This document shows positions 32,145-42,272 of a stretch of DNA of 64,000 bases, piece after piece. This DNA is from a candidate division WOR-3 bacterium (lineage in GTDB: Bacteria; Hydrothermota; Hydrothermia; LBFQ01), in contig JBDRWW010000004.1 of the NCBI GenBank assembly GCA_039802605.1, positions 56,566-120,565 on the forward strand. The letters run 5' to 3'. Every line of letters begins with the position of its first letter. Positions within the stretch are counted from its first letter, which is position 1. A program made the translations under genes and the position numbers. The notes under the pieces were generated by a model. The model saw only the letters and a program-made list of their open reading frames with translations, searched no databases and was not told the DNA's origin.

Positions 32145-34058
32145 GTGAGAAGGATAAAGGTAAAGTTTCCGAACGGTGAAATCGCCGAATACGAGTTTGA
32201 AGGGCAAAAGTCTATACTTGAACTGGTTGGCGATCCAAAAGGGGGATTTGTGGCAAGGGCCAACGGGAAGCTCTTTGACCTATTCGTCCCGATACCCGAA
32301 GGCGTGGAATATGTGGAAATATTGGATTTTAACGATAAGGAGGGCAAGGAGGTGTTCTGGCATTCATCCGCACATATTTTGGCACAAGCGGTAAAAAGGC
32401 TTTATCCGTATGCAAAACTAACGGTTGGCCCCCCTATTGAAAACGGTTTCTTCTACGATATTGACTTTGGCGGAAAAACCTTAGCACCCGAGGATTTGGA
32501 AAGGATAGAGGAAGAGGCAATAAGGATATGTAAGGAGGATTACGAGGTTAGGCGCGAGGAAATGCCATCCGAAAGGGCGAGGGAATTCTTTTCAAAACTC
32601 GGCGAAGACTATAAGGTTGAACTGATTGACGAGTTTAACCTCCCCGTAGTTTCGGTTTATTGGCAGGGTGAGTTTGTGGATCTGTGTAGGGGTCCGCATA
32701 TATACAGGACGGGTTTGGTAAAATCCTTTAAAATTACCGGTGTTTCTTCCGCCTATTGGAAAGGGGATCCAAGAAACCCATCCCTTCAAAGGATTTACGG
32801 AATATCCTTCCCCACTGGGGAACAGATGAAAGAGTATTTGGAATTGCTTGAAGAGGCCAAGAAAAGGGATCACAGGGTTTTGGGTAGGGAATTGGATCTG
32901 TTTGGATTTTATGAGGAGGCGGGTGCGGGTTTTGTATTCTGGCATCCAAACGGGGCGATAATAAGGGGGATAATAGAGGATTATTGGAAGAGGGAACACA
33001 TAAAGGCGGGTTATAAGTTCGTATATACCCCCCACCTCTTAAGCGGGAAACTATGGGAAATATCCGGACATTTAAACTATTATGCAAAAAACATGTTTGT
33101 CTTTGAGAAGGAGGGACAACTTTACGCCGTTAAACCTATGAACTGTCCCGCACATATATTGATATACAAATCTCGGGTTAGGAGTTATAGGGATTTACCC
33201 ATAAGGCTTTGCGAACTCGGAACGGTTTATAGGGATGAACTTTCGGGCGTATTGCACGGACTTTTAAGGGTAAGGGGCTTTACACAGGATGACGCCCACA
33301 TATTCGCAAGGGAAGACCAGATAGAGGAAGAGGTTAAGGGTGTTTTAAACTTAATGAAGAGGATATTAAAGAGGTTTGGTTTTGATGATTTTGAAGTGGA
33401 ACTTTCAATTTGGGATCCAAACAAGCCGGAAGAGTATATGGGAACAAAGGAGATGTGGGATAACGCAATAAATTCCTTGAAAAACGCCCTTGAAAGTTCC
33501 GGATTCGAATACAGTGTTGAGGTTGGAGAGGCGGCCTTTTATGGCCCAAAGATAGATGTAAAGTTAAAGGATGCCCTAAACCGCAGGTGGCAATGCACAA
33601 CCGTACAGGTTGATTTTAACCTCCCGAGGAGGTTCGAGGCTACATATAAGGGGAGTGATGGTAAAGACCATTATGCCGTAATGATACACAGGGCTTTATT
33701 CGGTTCCATAGAGAGGTTTTTGGGTATTTTGATAGAGCATTATGCGGGGGATTTCCCCCTTTGGCTTGCACCCGTTCAGGTTAAAATCCTACCCATAAAG
33801 GACGAGATTAACGAATATGCCTATAAAGTTAAAGGGATACTAGAAAACGAAGGTTTTAGGGTTGAGGTTGATGACAGGAATGAAAGGCTAAACTATAAAA
33901 TCCTTGATGCCGAAAAGCACAAGATACCCTATATGCTAATAGTTGGCGGGAGGGAAATGGAAAGCGGAACGGTATCCGTTAGAAAGAGGAAAGAGGGGGA
34001 TAAAGGGGTTATGAGGGTTGAGGAGTTTTTGCAAATTTTAAAGTCAGAAATGGAATAA
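32145..34058 (+). CDS. thrS: Threonine--tRNA ligase
   Basis: HSSAHILAQA, DLCRGPH, KPMNCP, GLLRVRGFTQDDAH, AFYGPKID, IHRALFGSIERF. Confidence 0.97.
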   Translation: MRRIKVKFPNGEIAEYEFEGQKSILELVGDPKGGFVARANGKLFDLFVPIPEGVEYVEILDFNDKEGKEVFWHSSAHILAQAVKRLYPYAKLTVGPPIENGFFYDIDFGGKTLAPEDLERIEEEAIRICKEDYEVRREEMPSERAREFFSKLGEDYKVELIDEFNLPVVSVYWQGEFVDLCRGPHIYRTGLVKSFKITGVSSAYWKGDPRNPSLQRIYGISFPTGEQMKEYLELLEEAKKRDHRVLGRELDLFGFYEEAGAGFVFWHPNGAIIRGIIEDYWKREHIKAGYKFVYTPHLLSGKLWEISGHLNYYAKNMFVFEKEGQLYAVKPMNCPAHILIYKSRVRSYRDLPIRLCELGTVYRDELSGVLHGLLRVRGFTQDDAHIFAREDQIEEEVKGVLNLMKRILKRFGFDDFEVELSIWDPNKPEEYMGTKEMWDNAINSLKNALESSGFEYSVEVGEAAFYGPKIDVKLKDALNRRWQCTTVQVDFNLPRRFEATYKGSDGKDHYAVMIHRALFGSIERFLGILIEHYAGDFPLWLAPVQVKILPIKDEINEYAYKVKGILENEGFRVEVDDRNERLNYKILDAEKHKIPYMLIVGGREMESGTVSVRKRKEGDKGVMRVEEFLQILKSEME

Positions 34059-34079
34059 ACATCCGTAGAATATCCTACT

Positions 34080-35471
34080 ATGGCGGATTACAGGATTGAA
34101 AAGGATACGATGGGAGAGGTTAAAGTTCCCTCTTGGGCGTATTGGGGGGCGCAAACCCAGAGGGCTATTGAAAACTTCCCAATATCCGGATGGAGAATAC
34201 CCAAGAGGATGATATATTCAATTGCCCTGATAAAAAGGTATGCGGCGGAGGTTAATGCCGAACTGGGACTGCTGGATCCGAAAATCGCCGATGCGATAAT
34301 ACAAGCGGCGGAAGAGGTTATGTCGGGAAGGTTTGACGACCATTTCCCCTTGGATGTTTTTCAAACGGGTTCCGGAACATCCACAAACATGAATGTAAAC
34401 GAGGTTATAGCAAATAGGGCAAACGAGATACTCGGAAGTCCCCTAGGCAGCAAAAATCCCGTGCATCCAAACGACCATGTGAATAAAGGCCAATCCTCAA
34501 ACGATGTTATACCAACCGCAATACACATATCCATAAGGTTGGAGGCGGAAAACTTAATTGAAGCTTTGGAAGATTTGGCCGAGGCCTTTGATAAAAAAGC
34601 CGAAGAGTTTAAGGATATAGTAAAAATCGGTAGAACGCATTTGCAGGATGCCGTACCTATGACCCTTGGACAGGAATTCTCGGCCTTCGCCACCCAGATA
34701 AAGCACGGTATAAGGAGGGTAAAAAATACGTTTTACCATTTGGAGGAGCTCGCCCTTGGGGGTACAGCCGTTGGGACGGGTTTAAACACCCATAAGGAGT
34801 TTGCACCGAGGGTTATAAAGAAAATAGCGGATAGGACGGGGATACCTTTTAGGGAGGCGGAAAACAGGTTTGAGGCCTTAGCCACAAAGGACGCCGTGGT
34901 TGAATACATGGGGGCTTTGAACACCTTAGCCGTTTCTTTGATGAAAATAGGCAACGATATAAGGTTGCTTTCAAGTGGTCCAAGAACGGGCATAGCGGAA
35001 ATAATTTTACCCTCTTTGCAACCCGGAAGTTCAATAATGCCCGGTAAGGTAAACCCCGTTATCCCCGAGATGTTAATACAGGTTGCCGCCCATATCATGG
35101 GTTCCCATTTGGCGGTAAGCGTAGGCGGGCAAAACGCACCCTTACAGTTAAACATTATGAAACCCTTAATAGCATATCACTCAATAACATCCACCCAGAT
35201 ATTAACAAATGCCCTTAGGACATTTACGGAGAAATGCGTTGTTGGAATACAGGCGAACAAAGAGAGGTGTGAAGAACTGGTTGAATGGAGTATGGCCTTG
35301 GTTACACCCTTGGCATTGAAAATAGGTTATGATAAGGCGGCGGAAATAGCCTATAAGGCTTATAAAGAGGGTAAAACCGTAAGGCGGTTGGTTATTGAGG
35401 AGGGAATTTTGAGCGAAGAGGAGGCTGAGGAGGTTCTTGATCCCAGAAAGATGTTAGGCCCTTACGGTTGA
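34080..35471 (+). CDS. fumC: Class II fumarate hydratase
   Basis: WGAQTQRA, QTGSGT, GRTHLQDA, GSSIMPGKVNP; TAGAAT 8 nt upstream. Confidence 0.95.
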   Translation: MADYRIEKDTMGEVKVPSWAYWGAQTQRAIENFPISGWRIPKRMIYSIALIKRYAAEVNAELGLLDPKIADAIIQAAEEVMSGRFDDHFPLDVFQTGSGTSTNMNVNEVIANRANEILGSPLGSKNPVHPNDHVNKGQSSNDVIPTAIHISIRLEAENLIEALEDLAEAFDKKAEEFKDIVKIGRTHLQDAVPMTLGQEFSAFATQIKHGIRRVKNTFYHLEELALGGTAVGTGLNTHKEFAPRVIKKIADRTGIPFREAENRFEALATKDAVVEYMGALNTLAVSLMKIGNDIRLLSSGPRTGIAEIILPSLQPGSSIMPGKVNPVIPEMLIQVAAHIMGSHLAVSVGGQNAPLQLNIMKPLIAYHSITSTQILTNALRTFTEKCVVGIQANKERCEELVEWSMALVTPLALKIGYDKAAEIAYKAYKEGKTVRRLVIEEGILSEEEAEEVLDPRKMLGPYG

Positions 35472-36436
35472 TGTATAAAAACCTTGTGCCCGCAAGGGAA
35501 GAAAACATAAAAAAGGCTGCGGAGATAATTAAAATGGGTGGTGTTGTAGCCTTTCCAACGGAAACGGTTTATGGTCTGGGTGCGAATGCATTAAACCCCC
35601 ATGCGGTTGCAAGAATATACGAGATAAAAAACAGACCTTCCTTTGACCCCTTAATTGTTCATGTATGTTCAATTGAAATGGTTGATAGGGTAGCCGAAAG
35701 GGTTGATGAAATATCAAAAAGGTTAATGGGGAGGTTCTGGCCGGGACCTTTAACGATTGTCTTACCTAAAAGGGAAACGGTTCCGAGTATAACAACCGCG
35801 GGATTGGAAACCGTTGCCCTTAGGATGCCCGCAAATGAAACGGCCTTAAAACTCATAGAATACTCTTCCACCCCAATAGCCGCCCCAAGCGCCAACCCCT
35901 TCGGATACGTTAGCCCAACAAACGCCTTACAGGTTGCCGAAATGCTTGGAGATAGGGTTGATTTAATACTTGACGGTGGGAAAACCACATTTGGGGTTGA
36001 ATCAACCATAATAATGGTTAGAGATGAAAGGGTTTTCCTGTTGAGGCCTGGGGCATTACCCGTTGAAGAAATAGAGGAATTCCTTAAAGTAAGGGTTGAG
36101 GTTTTGGAAGGGGAAAGGGTTTTGTCGCCCGGTATGCTCCCCAAACATTATGCGCCGAAGGCGAAGGTTTTTATAATGGGGGATTGGAACGATTATTATA
36201 GGTTAAAGGCTTTATACGGGAATGTCGCCTTGGTTTTACCTAAGAGGAAAGGATATTACGACTTAAACGCCATATACCTATCCGAGGAGGGAGAATTAAG
36301 GGAAATAGCCGCAAACCTCTTTGAAACCCTTTATTCCTTGGATAAAAAGGGAATAAAGTTTGCGGTTTTTAAGGGTGTTGAGGAAAGGGGTCTGGGTAGG
36401 GCTATAATGAACAGGTTAAAGAAGGCTTCCGGCTAA
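35468..36436 (+). CDS. tsaC: L-threonylcarbamoyladenylate synthase (Sua5-type)
   Basis: FPTETVYGLGA, KNRP, FWPGPLT, AAPSAN, SPGMLPKHYAP, AIMNRLKKAS. Confidence 0.93.
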   Translation: MMYKNLVPAREENIKKAAEIIKMGGVVAFPTETVYGLGANALNPHAVARIYEIKNRPSFDPLIVHVCSIEMVDRVAERVDEISKRLMGRFWPGPLTIVLPKRETVPSITTAGLETVALRMPANETALKLIEYSSTPIAAPSANPFGYVSPTNALQVAEMLGDRVDLILDGGKTTFGVESTIIMVRDERVFLLRPGALPVEEIEEFLKVRVEVLEGERVLSPGMLPKHYAPKAKVFIMGDWNDYYRLKALYGNVALVLPKRKGYYDLNAIYLSEEGELREIAANLFETLYSLDKKGIKFAVFKGVEERGLGRAIMNRLKKASG

Positions 36437-36979
36437 TTTATCGGCACCGTTTAACATTTCTTCCGCCTCCCTTTCACCATTCGGATAGCCTTCAAACGCA
36501 TAAATCCCAACACTTGCAAATGGCATGGGGATTTTAAACCCGTCCCAAGTATCCAATTCCCAAAAATGGGAGTATGCTACCCCAACGAAAACCGTTCTAA
36601 CATTTAACATCTTTATCAAAGAAACCGTACCCCTTTTAAACCTTTTCCTTGGACCTAGGGGACCATCCGGAGTTATGCATATGTTTTTACCCTCCTCCAC
36701 CGCTCGCACGATTTCTTTTAACCCGTAATACTTGTTTTTTCTGTGGGAAGACCTTATGACGCCGAGCCCGAAATACCCCACAAACCTTGATATGATTTCG
36801 CCGTCCCTGCTTGGGGAGATTAAAATATATACGGGAGAATTCTTAAAGGCATAGGGCAAAACAAAAAAATTGGAATGCCAAAAAAAGAATACGGTGGGCC
36901 TTTGGGTGAAAAACTCCCCAAATCTTCTAATGCTATAAGTTTTGCATAGGTATTCGTATAGATTAACGAGAAATTTCAT
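36416..36979 (-). CDS. DUF374 / lysophospholipid acyltransferase-family protein
   Basis: FWH, LISPSRDGE, ITPDGPLGP, WDGFKIPMPF. Confidence 0.8.
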   Translation of the reverse strand: MKFLVNLYEYLCKTYSIRRFGEFFTQRPTVFFFWHSNFFVLPYAFKNSPVYILISPSRDGEIISRFVGYFGLGVIRSSHRKNKYYGLKEIVRAVEEGKNICITPDGPLGPRKRFKRGTVSLIKMLNVRTVFVGVAYSHFWELDTWDGFKIPMPFASVGIYAFEGYPNGEREAEEMLNGADKLAGSLL

Positions 36980-37817
36980 CCGCTATTAGGTTGAGAGCAT
37001 ACTGCAATGCCCTTGTGGGGTAAAACTTTGAGAAGTCCGAAGGTTCAACCTTCCAACATTCCCCAACCCTTCTAATTTCAAACCAAACCTTATGTAGGAG
37101 TTTATCCTCGGAAATAATCCCCTTTATCAACATAAAATCGCCGCATACAAAGGTTTCCTTAACCACAAAGTGGGAACCATCCGGCAAAACATAATCACCG
37201 CTCAAATCCTTGATTTTAATCCATTTTAACTTTGGAATGTTCAACTCCGTTTCGGGTATTTTAAAGTCGCACACCTTTTCCAAAAAGAATACCGCCTCGT
37301 ATATACTCTTCCCCATTTCCCTCCATTTCCTCTCATACTTTGTACCGAATTCCCTATAACTTTCTGAAACATAACCCCACCAGCACCCGCTTTTAATAGC
37401 GTTATCGTAAAACCACATCAAAGCGGGAAGGTGGTCGGAAACTATTGATACTTGGCCATCGGATTTTACCCTTAATGTCAATAATCTCCAAAAATCCTCC
37501 GAAAATATCCTTTTATGAGTATGCCTCTTTTTTGGCCAAGGGTCTGGAAACAGGGAATAAACCCTGTGGAATTTTAAATTCTTAGCCCCAAACATCAAGA
37601 AAGGCCATACATCCCCCCAAACCAAAATTACATTGCTAAAATTCCTAAGCCTCTTTGAGGCCCTCTTTATTGATTGCCACGATACATCCACACCTATGTA
37701 GGTTATGTTTGGGTTTTGACCCGCCAAAAACTTTATAAACTCTCCATTCCCGCAGCCTATTTCCAACTCTATGTTTCCCGAGATTGCCAATTCATCCGAT
37801 GCAATCCTTATTTCCAT
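36963..37817 (-). CDS. trmB: tRNA (guanine-N7)-methyltransferase
   Basis: LEIGCGNGEF, FPDPWPKKRH, TKYERKW. Confidence 0.9.
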   Translation of the reverse strand: MEIRIASDELAISGNIELEIGCGNGEFIKFLAGQNPNITYIGVDVSWQSIKRASKRLRNFSNVILVWGDVWPFLMFGAKNLKFHRVYSLFPDPWPKKRHTHKRIFSEDFWRLLTLRVKSDGQVSIVSDHLPALMWFYDNAIKSGCWWGYVSESYREFGTKYERKWREMGKSIYEAVFFLEKVCDFKIPETELNIPKLKWIKIKDLSGDYVLPDGSHFVVKETFVCGDFMLIKGIISEDKLLHKVWFEIRRVGECWKVEPSDFSKFYPTRALQYALNLIADEISR

Positions 37818-38737
37818 TTTATGTCCCTTATTATCCCTTCAAGCCTCAAAATTAACCCCAACTTGTTGTTTGATTCCGGGGCATAAACCCCCGCATCTAT
37901 CAAATAAAACTTCCCATTATTGTTAAATGCGTATGTTAAAAATGGCCCACCCACAAGTAAGCTGTCGTTTTTCCAAATCCCGTAAATCTTCAAAACCGAA
38001 ATGCCGTCCAAGTAATCGGATACGGAATATGAGTATTCCCTAAGGGCTACATCCCCTTTATAAATTTCGGATGTTAAGCTATCCCTAATATCCAAAACCC
38101 TATCAAAATTCAATTCATCTTCCTCCTTAACAAAAAACAGGATAAACCTATCCGGATTGTGTTTGTTTATAACCAAAACATCCTTTGATTCGTAATACAC
38201 ATTCCAACCCTTGGGTATGGGAATGTAAAACCCAAACTTATCCTTAACCTTTTTCCTCAAACCCATATCCACCCCAACCATCAACTCCACATTTGAAACC
38301 TCTTTTAGCATTTTGTAGTTTAAACTGTCAAATATACCCTGTATGTTATCGGAAACCAATCTTAGCGAAGTCCTGCTATCATAGGCGCAAAACATAACGA
38401 CAAAATCCCCCTTAGCAAATATGTCCCTACGGATGAACACGCCCTCTTCTTTGTTGCATAAATCCCAAAGGGAATCGTTGGGAAGGAGGAATATTATTTT
38501 GTTGCGATAATCCTGATAAACCTTAAAATTTTCCCATTTTATTGGATGGATTTTGAAAAGGGTTTCCGGCTGTGGGGTATTATAAACCCTTATGAAGTAT
38601 TTGTAAACCGCACCTGCGGCGAATTTGCTATCCTCCGAATAAGCCAAAACCACTTCCCTACTCGTCCCCTTAACAAACCCCCCACCCTTACCACAGGCAA
38701 AAATAAAGGGTAAAATTAACAGAAACCTACCCAACAT
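37808..38737 (-). CDS. DUF4837-like lipoprotein
   Basis: Lipobox FIFAC; TPQPE, GIW..GGPF, VYAP..K; start moved to ATG 38737 overlapping the upstream stop. Confidence 0.65.
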   Translation of the reverse strand: MLGRFLLILPFIFACGKGGGFVKGTSREVVLAYSEDSKFAAGAVYKYFIRVYNTPQPETLFKIHPIKWENFKVYQDYRNKIIFLLPNDSLWDLCNKEEGVFIRRDIFAKGDFVVMFCAYDSRTSLRLVSDNIQGIFDSLNYKMLKEVSNVELMVGVDMGLRKKVKDKFGFYIPIPKGWNVYYESKDVLVINKHNPDRFILFFVKEEDELNFDRVLDIRDSLTSEIYKGDVALREYSYSVSDYLDGISVLKIYGIWKNDSLLVGGPFLTYAFNNNGKFYLIDAGVYAPESNNKLGLILRLEGIIRDIKWK

Positions 38738-39918
38738 CACACCACTTGCCTTAAAGCGTCTATTGGTTTCATCTTTGCGGAAATAGAAGAGGGTATATAG
38801 GCCGCAATCCAAGAAATGAAAATCGTTAAAATGGTTATAATAATCCAATCCGTTAGTTCGGGTTTTACGGGTACATAGTTCAACATATATACATCGGGTG
38901 GGAGTTTAACCAGTTTGTATTTATCCACAAAGTAAGAAATAGCCCATCCAAAAGCGGAACCCACTATCAGCCCCGCAATACCCAACAAAACCCCAACCGT
39001 TGTAAAGGTCCATGTTATCTGCCGCGATGTGAATCCCAGGGATTTTAAAAGCCCTATCTCCCACCTCTTTTCAAGCGTAAGCATCGTTATTGATACCACA
39101 ACATTTATCGCCGCTATTAAGAGTATTAGCGCAAATGATAGGAACATAGCGAGTCTTTCCATATTTAAGGCGGTAAATAGGGTTCTGTTTAGGGTTATCC
39201 AAGAAGAGCAACCAAAACCCAAATCGTAAACCCTTTTACACATCTCGTTTGCTTTATAGGGATCTGAAATATACCCGAATATCACGGGTGCTTCCTTATC
39301 CCCGAGGCCGAACAACTTTCTCGCAAGCTCAATATCCATTATAACCGTTTGGGCGTCATAAACATACAATCCCGTTGAGAACACCCCAACAACCTTAACC
39401 CTTTTGGGGACTAGGTTTGAACCAAAGGGGGTTTTTTGGAATACGAGTATATCCATACCGGAGTTTAATTCCACATCCATTTGGGATAAGAAGTTTTCAC
39501 CCACCAATACACCATCACCAAAATCGCCGTATAGCATATGCTCCTTCAATTCATCCTTTAAAGCCTTTAAGCTCTGAGCCCTTAAAACCACACCGTCTAT
39601 CTTATCCCCACTCCTTACAACAACTTTACCTATGAAGGCGGGATAGGTTTTAATACCCAATTGCTTGGATATATATTCCGATACGCTATCGGCATTCTTA
39701 AATGTGGGTTCAAAAACATTGGTTATATAAAGGTGGGGTTGCAAAACCAAAAGCCTCTTTTTTAACTCATCTTGGAAACCGTTCATTATACCCGTAACTA
39801 TTATGAGTATGGCAACCCCTATGCCTATGGCCAATATGCTTAATAATGCAAAAACCGATATAACCGTACTCCTTGAAGTGAAGATATACTTTTTAACTAA
39901 GAATAACTGCGCCCTCAA
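38737..39918 (-). CDS. Lipoprotein-releasing ABC transporter permease (LolC/E family)
   Basis: IGVAILIIVTGIMNGF, EKRWEIGLLKSLG, YIPS..AKMKPIDALR; probable TTG start 39918 overlapping the nuoH stop. Confidence 0.88.
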   Translation of the reverse strand: MRAQLFLVKKYIFTSRSTVISVFALLSILAIGIGVAILIIVTGIMNGFQDELKKRLLVLQPHLYITNVFEPTFKNADSVSEYISKQLGIKTYPAFIGKVVVRSGDKIDGVVLRAQSLKALKDELKEHMLYGDFGDGVLVGENFLSQMDVELNSGMDILVFQKTPFGSNLVPKRVKVVGVFSTGLYVYDAQTVIMDIELARKLFGLGDKEAPVIFGYISDPYKANEMCKRVYDLGFGCSSWITLNRTLFTALNMERLAMFLSFALILLIAAINVVVSITMLTLEKRWEIGLLKSLGFTSRQITWTFTTVGVLLGIAGLIVGSAFGWAISYFVDKYKLVKLPPDVYMLNYVPVKPELTDWIIITILTIFISWIAAYIPSSISAKMKPIDALRQVV

Positions 39919-40877
39919 ATTATAAACACCTTCCAGCCCGCGGCTACCAAGAAGTTTATTATCGCGAGTGGAACGAGAACCTTCCAAGAAAGCGATGTCA
40001 TCTGATCCAACCTAAGCCTAAGGAATGTCCAGCGGAGGAAAACCACTATGGAGAAAAGTATAAATCCCTTTACGAGTGTCCAAACAAACCCCGGTAATGC
40101 CGGCCCATACCACCCACCGAAGAAGAGGGCGGATACCAACAAACAGCCGGCAAATAGGTATAACCATTCCCCAAGGTAAAACAAACCAAACTTTATACCG
40201 GAGTACTCAACATTAAAACCGGATACCAACTCCGATTCGGCCTCTGCTATGTCCAAAGGTGCCCTGTTTGTTTCCGCAAACAGACCGAACAAAACCAACA
40301 ATAGGGATACCTGCCCTATGACGGGTACGAATGCAAACCATATATTGCTCTGATTTTCTATAATTTCGTAAAGGTTTAGCGTTCCGTAAAAAGCCGCAGG
40401 GGTCAAAACCCCTAAAACGAATGGTATTTCATAAGAAACCATTTGACCCAATGCCCTAAGGCTTGAAATTATGGGATACTTTGAACCCGAACCCCAGCCC
40501 GCCATAAGGGCTGTTATTGGTTCAAGGGATGCTATTGCAAAAACCAAGATTATACTCCAATCGGTGTTTATTATGTACAGGTCTTTGTCAATGGGTATTG
40601 GCGCAAAAAACCATATAGAGGCCGAGGCGAACAAAAGCGGCGCAAGGTTGAACAGAAGTTTATCCGCATCCGCCGGAACAATGTCCTCTTTTGAAAGCAG
40701 TTTTAACCCGTCGGCCACAACTTGCAGCCAGCCGTGGGGTTTCCCAACATAATAAGGACCTATACGGTTTTGCAATCTGGCCGCTATTTTTCTTTCCAAC
40801 CATACCAAAACCGGACCAACCGCCAGGGCTATAATTAATACCACCAAAGGGGCTAAAATATAATTCGGAATATTCAT
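39915..40877 (-). CDS. nuoH: NADH-quinone oxidoreductase subunit H
   Basis: ERKIAARLQNRIGP, ADGLKLLSKE, QMVSYE, AETNRAPLDIAEAESELVSGFNVEYSG; TAAAAT 8 nt upstream. Confidence 0.95.
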   Translation of the reverse strand: MNIPNYILAPLVVLIIALAVGPVLVWLERKIAARLQNRIGPYYVGKPHGWLQVVADGLKLLSKEDIVPADADKLLFNLAPLLFASASIWFFAPIPIDKDLYIINTDWSIILVFAIASLEPITALMAGWGSGSKYPIISSLRALGQMVSYEIPFVLGVLTPAAFYGTLNLYEIIENQSNIWFAFVPVIGQVSLLLVLFGLFAETNRAPLDIAEAESELVSGFNVEYSGIKFGLFYLGEWLYLFAGCLLVSALFFGGWYGPALPGFVWTLVKGFILFSIVVFLRWTFLRLRLDQMTSLSWKVLVPLAIINFLVAAGWKVFII

Positions 40878-40888
40878 AAGCGGGTATT

Positions 40889-41722
40889 TTACCCTTGGGG
40901 AATTTGTTTTTGGATTATTTCCTCGCAGATTTTAAAAATATCGGGATTTATACCCAGTTCCTCGCCCTTTTTACGGTTTCCCAAAAGATCTTTAACGGTT
41001 ATTATTCCATCGTTAAAGAGTTTATTGGCGGTTTTTTCATCAATCTTTAAAATCGTTATGGGGAATGTTTGAGTTTTGTGTATCAAATATTCCAGGCCTT
41101 CGCCTTTCGGGTAATTCCATCCCAAAAGGTTTAACCCATAGCATTTGGAAAACCTTATTGCGTCTTGTGTGAATTTGGTGTTTGTTATGAGGAAAGGCTT
41201 AATATCCCTATAAACCCCCTTTATATCGTTAAACCTTGAAACCACATACATTGAAATTTTTACATCAACCTTTGTCTCAAAGTTTTCGTGATGTTTGCAT
41301 TCAGCCATTAGTCTCTCTCCTTCCCTTTCCGCAATTACATCAACCTCATGGCTAACACACTTCCCATCCACAATATTACCGATGGTAATCCTATACCCAA
41401 GCTCCTCAAATATCTTCCCAACAAACCTTTCAAAGGGATAACCCGATGGCCCGAGTTTTGCTAATCCTTCCTTTAAGCCGTACAAAGAGGCACTAACAGG
41501 TTTAACCCTTTCCAATGATTTAAAAACCAAGGCGTAAAGCTCCCTTGTTGTTATCAAATCGTAAATATACGGTTCTACCTCTTTTAATACCTCCCCTATC
41601 GTATTATCATCTGCCCCCACCCTCTTTAAAGCCCTTATAACCTTTCCCTCATCGTATTCTTCCACCTCGCCGTTCCTCTTTACAACCCTTATTATTTCAG
41701 GTTTTGTAAGGGTTTGATACAT
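40889..41722 (-). CDS. ATP-cone domain + Mrr-type restriction endonuclease domain protein
   Basis: VVKRNGEVEEYDEGKV (ATP cone); GYPFERFV; HEVDVIA..AECKHH (PD-D/ExK); TNTKFT.DA. Confidence 0.82.
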   Translation of the reverse strand: MYQTLTKPEIIRVVKRNGEVEEYDEGKVIRALKRVGADDNTIGEVLKEVEPYIYDLITTRELYALVFKSLERVKPVSASLYGLKEGLAKLGPSGYPFERFVGKIFEELGYRITIGNIVDGKCVSHEVDVIAEREGERLMAECKHHENFETKVDVKISMYVVSRFNDIKGVYRDIKPFLITNTKFTQDAIRFSKCYGLNLLGWNYPKGEGLEYLIHKTQTFPITILKIDEKTANKLFNDGIITVKDLLGNRKKGEELGINPDIFKICEEIIQKQIPQG

Positions 41723-42261
41723 TTTATGGCGGCGTTTATAAAGGCCTCCTCCTCTTCATCCGATTCATGTGTTGCCACAGCCTGATATAAAACCCTACCC
41801 GTTTCAACATCCAAAACCTTAAACCCAACGGTGGCTTTTATTTTTAACGATATTGTACCGCTTCCAATCGGATAACCTACCTTTTCCGCATCCAATATTG
41901 AAAAATACCCCACGGTTTTAGCCCCTAAGATCTTCCCAACTTTGGGGGCATAGTCTCCAACAAATCCGGAGTGGGAAAACTCCTGCTCGTCCAAAACCTT
42001 GTCTATATCCTTCCTGTCAATTATGTCAAAATACGGAACCTTTAAAAGTTCTATTAAAACCTTGTTGTATATGCTTTCCTTGATGTGTCCGCTTATAAAA
42101 CGATTTGCCTCCCCTTTTATAACATCAACATCGGGAATTAGGGCAAATGTCATTATGCTATCCGTTTTAAACTTTGGAGATAGGGAGTAATTTAAACTTT
42201 CCTCGGATTCCTTGGTTGTTGCACAGGATAAAAGGAGTAAAAGCAATATCAAAACTTTCAT
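41692..42261 (-). CDS. CsgG/HfaB-like lipoprotein
   Basis: Lipobox LLSC; FDIIDRKDIDKVLDEQ, VGKILGA, VLDVETGRV; TAAAAT 8 nt upstream. Confidence 0.75.
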   Translation of the reverse strand: MKVLILLLLLLSCATTKESEESLNYSLSPKFKTDSIMTFALIPDVDVIKGEANRFISGHIKESIYNKVLIELLKVPYFDIIDRKDIDKVLDEQEFSHSGFVGDYAPKVGKILGAKTVGYFSILDAEKVGYPIGSGTISLKIKATVGFKVLDVETGRVLYQAVATHESDEEEEAFINAAIKCIKPLQNLK

Positions 42262-42272
42262 ACGAAGGTATT

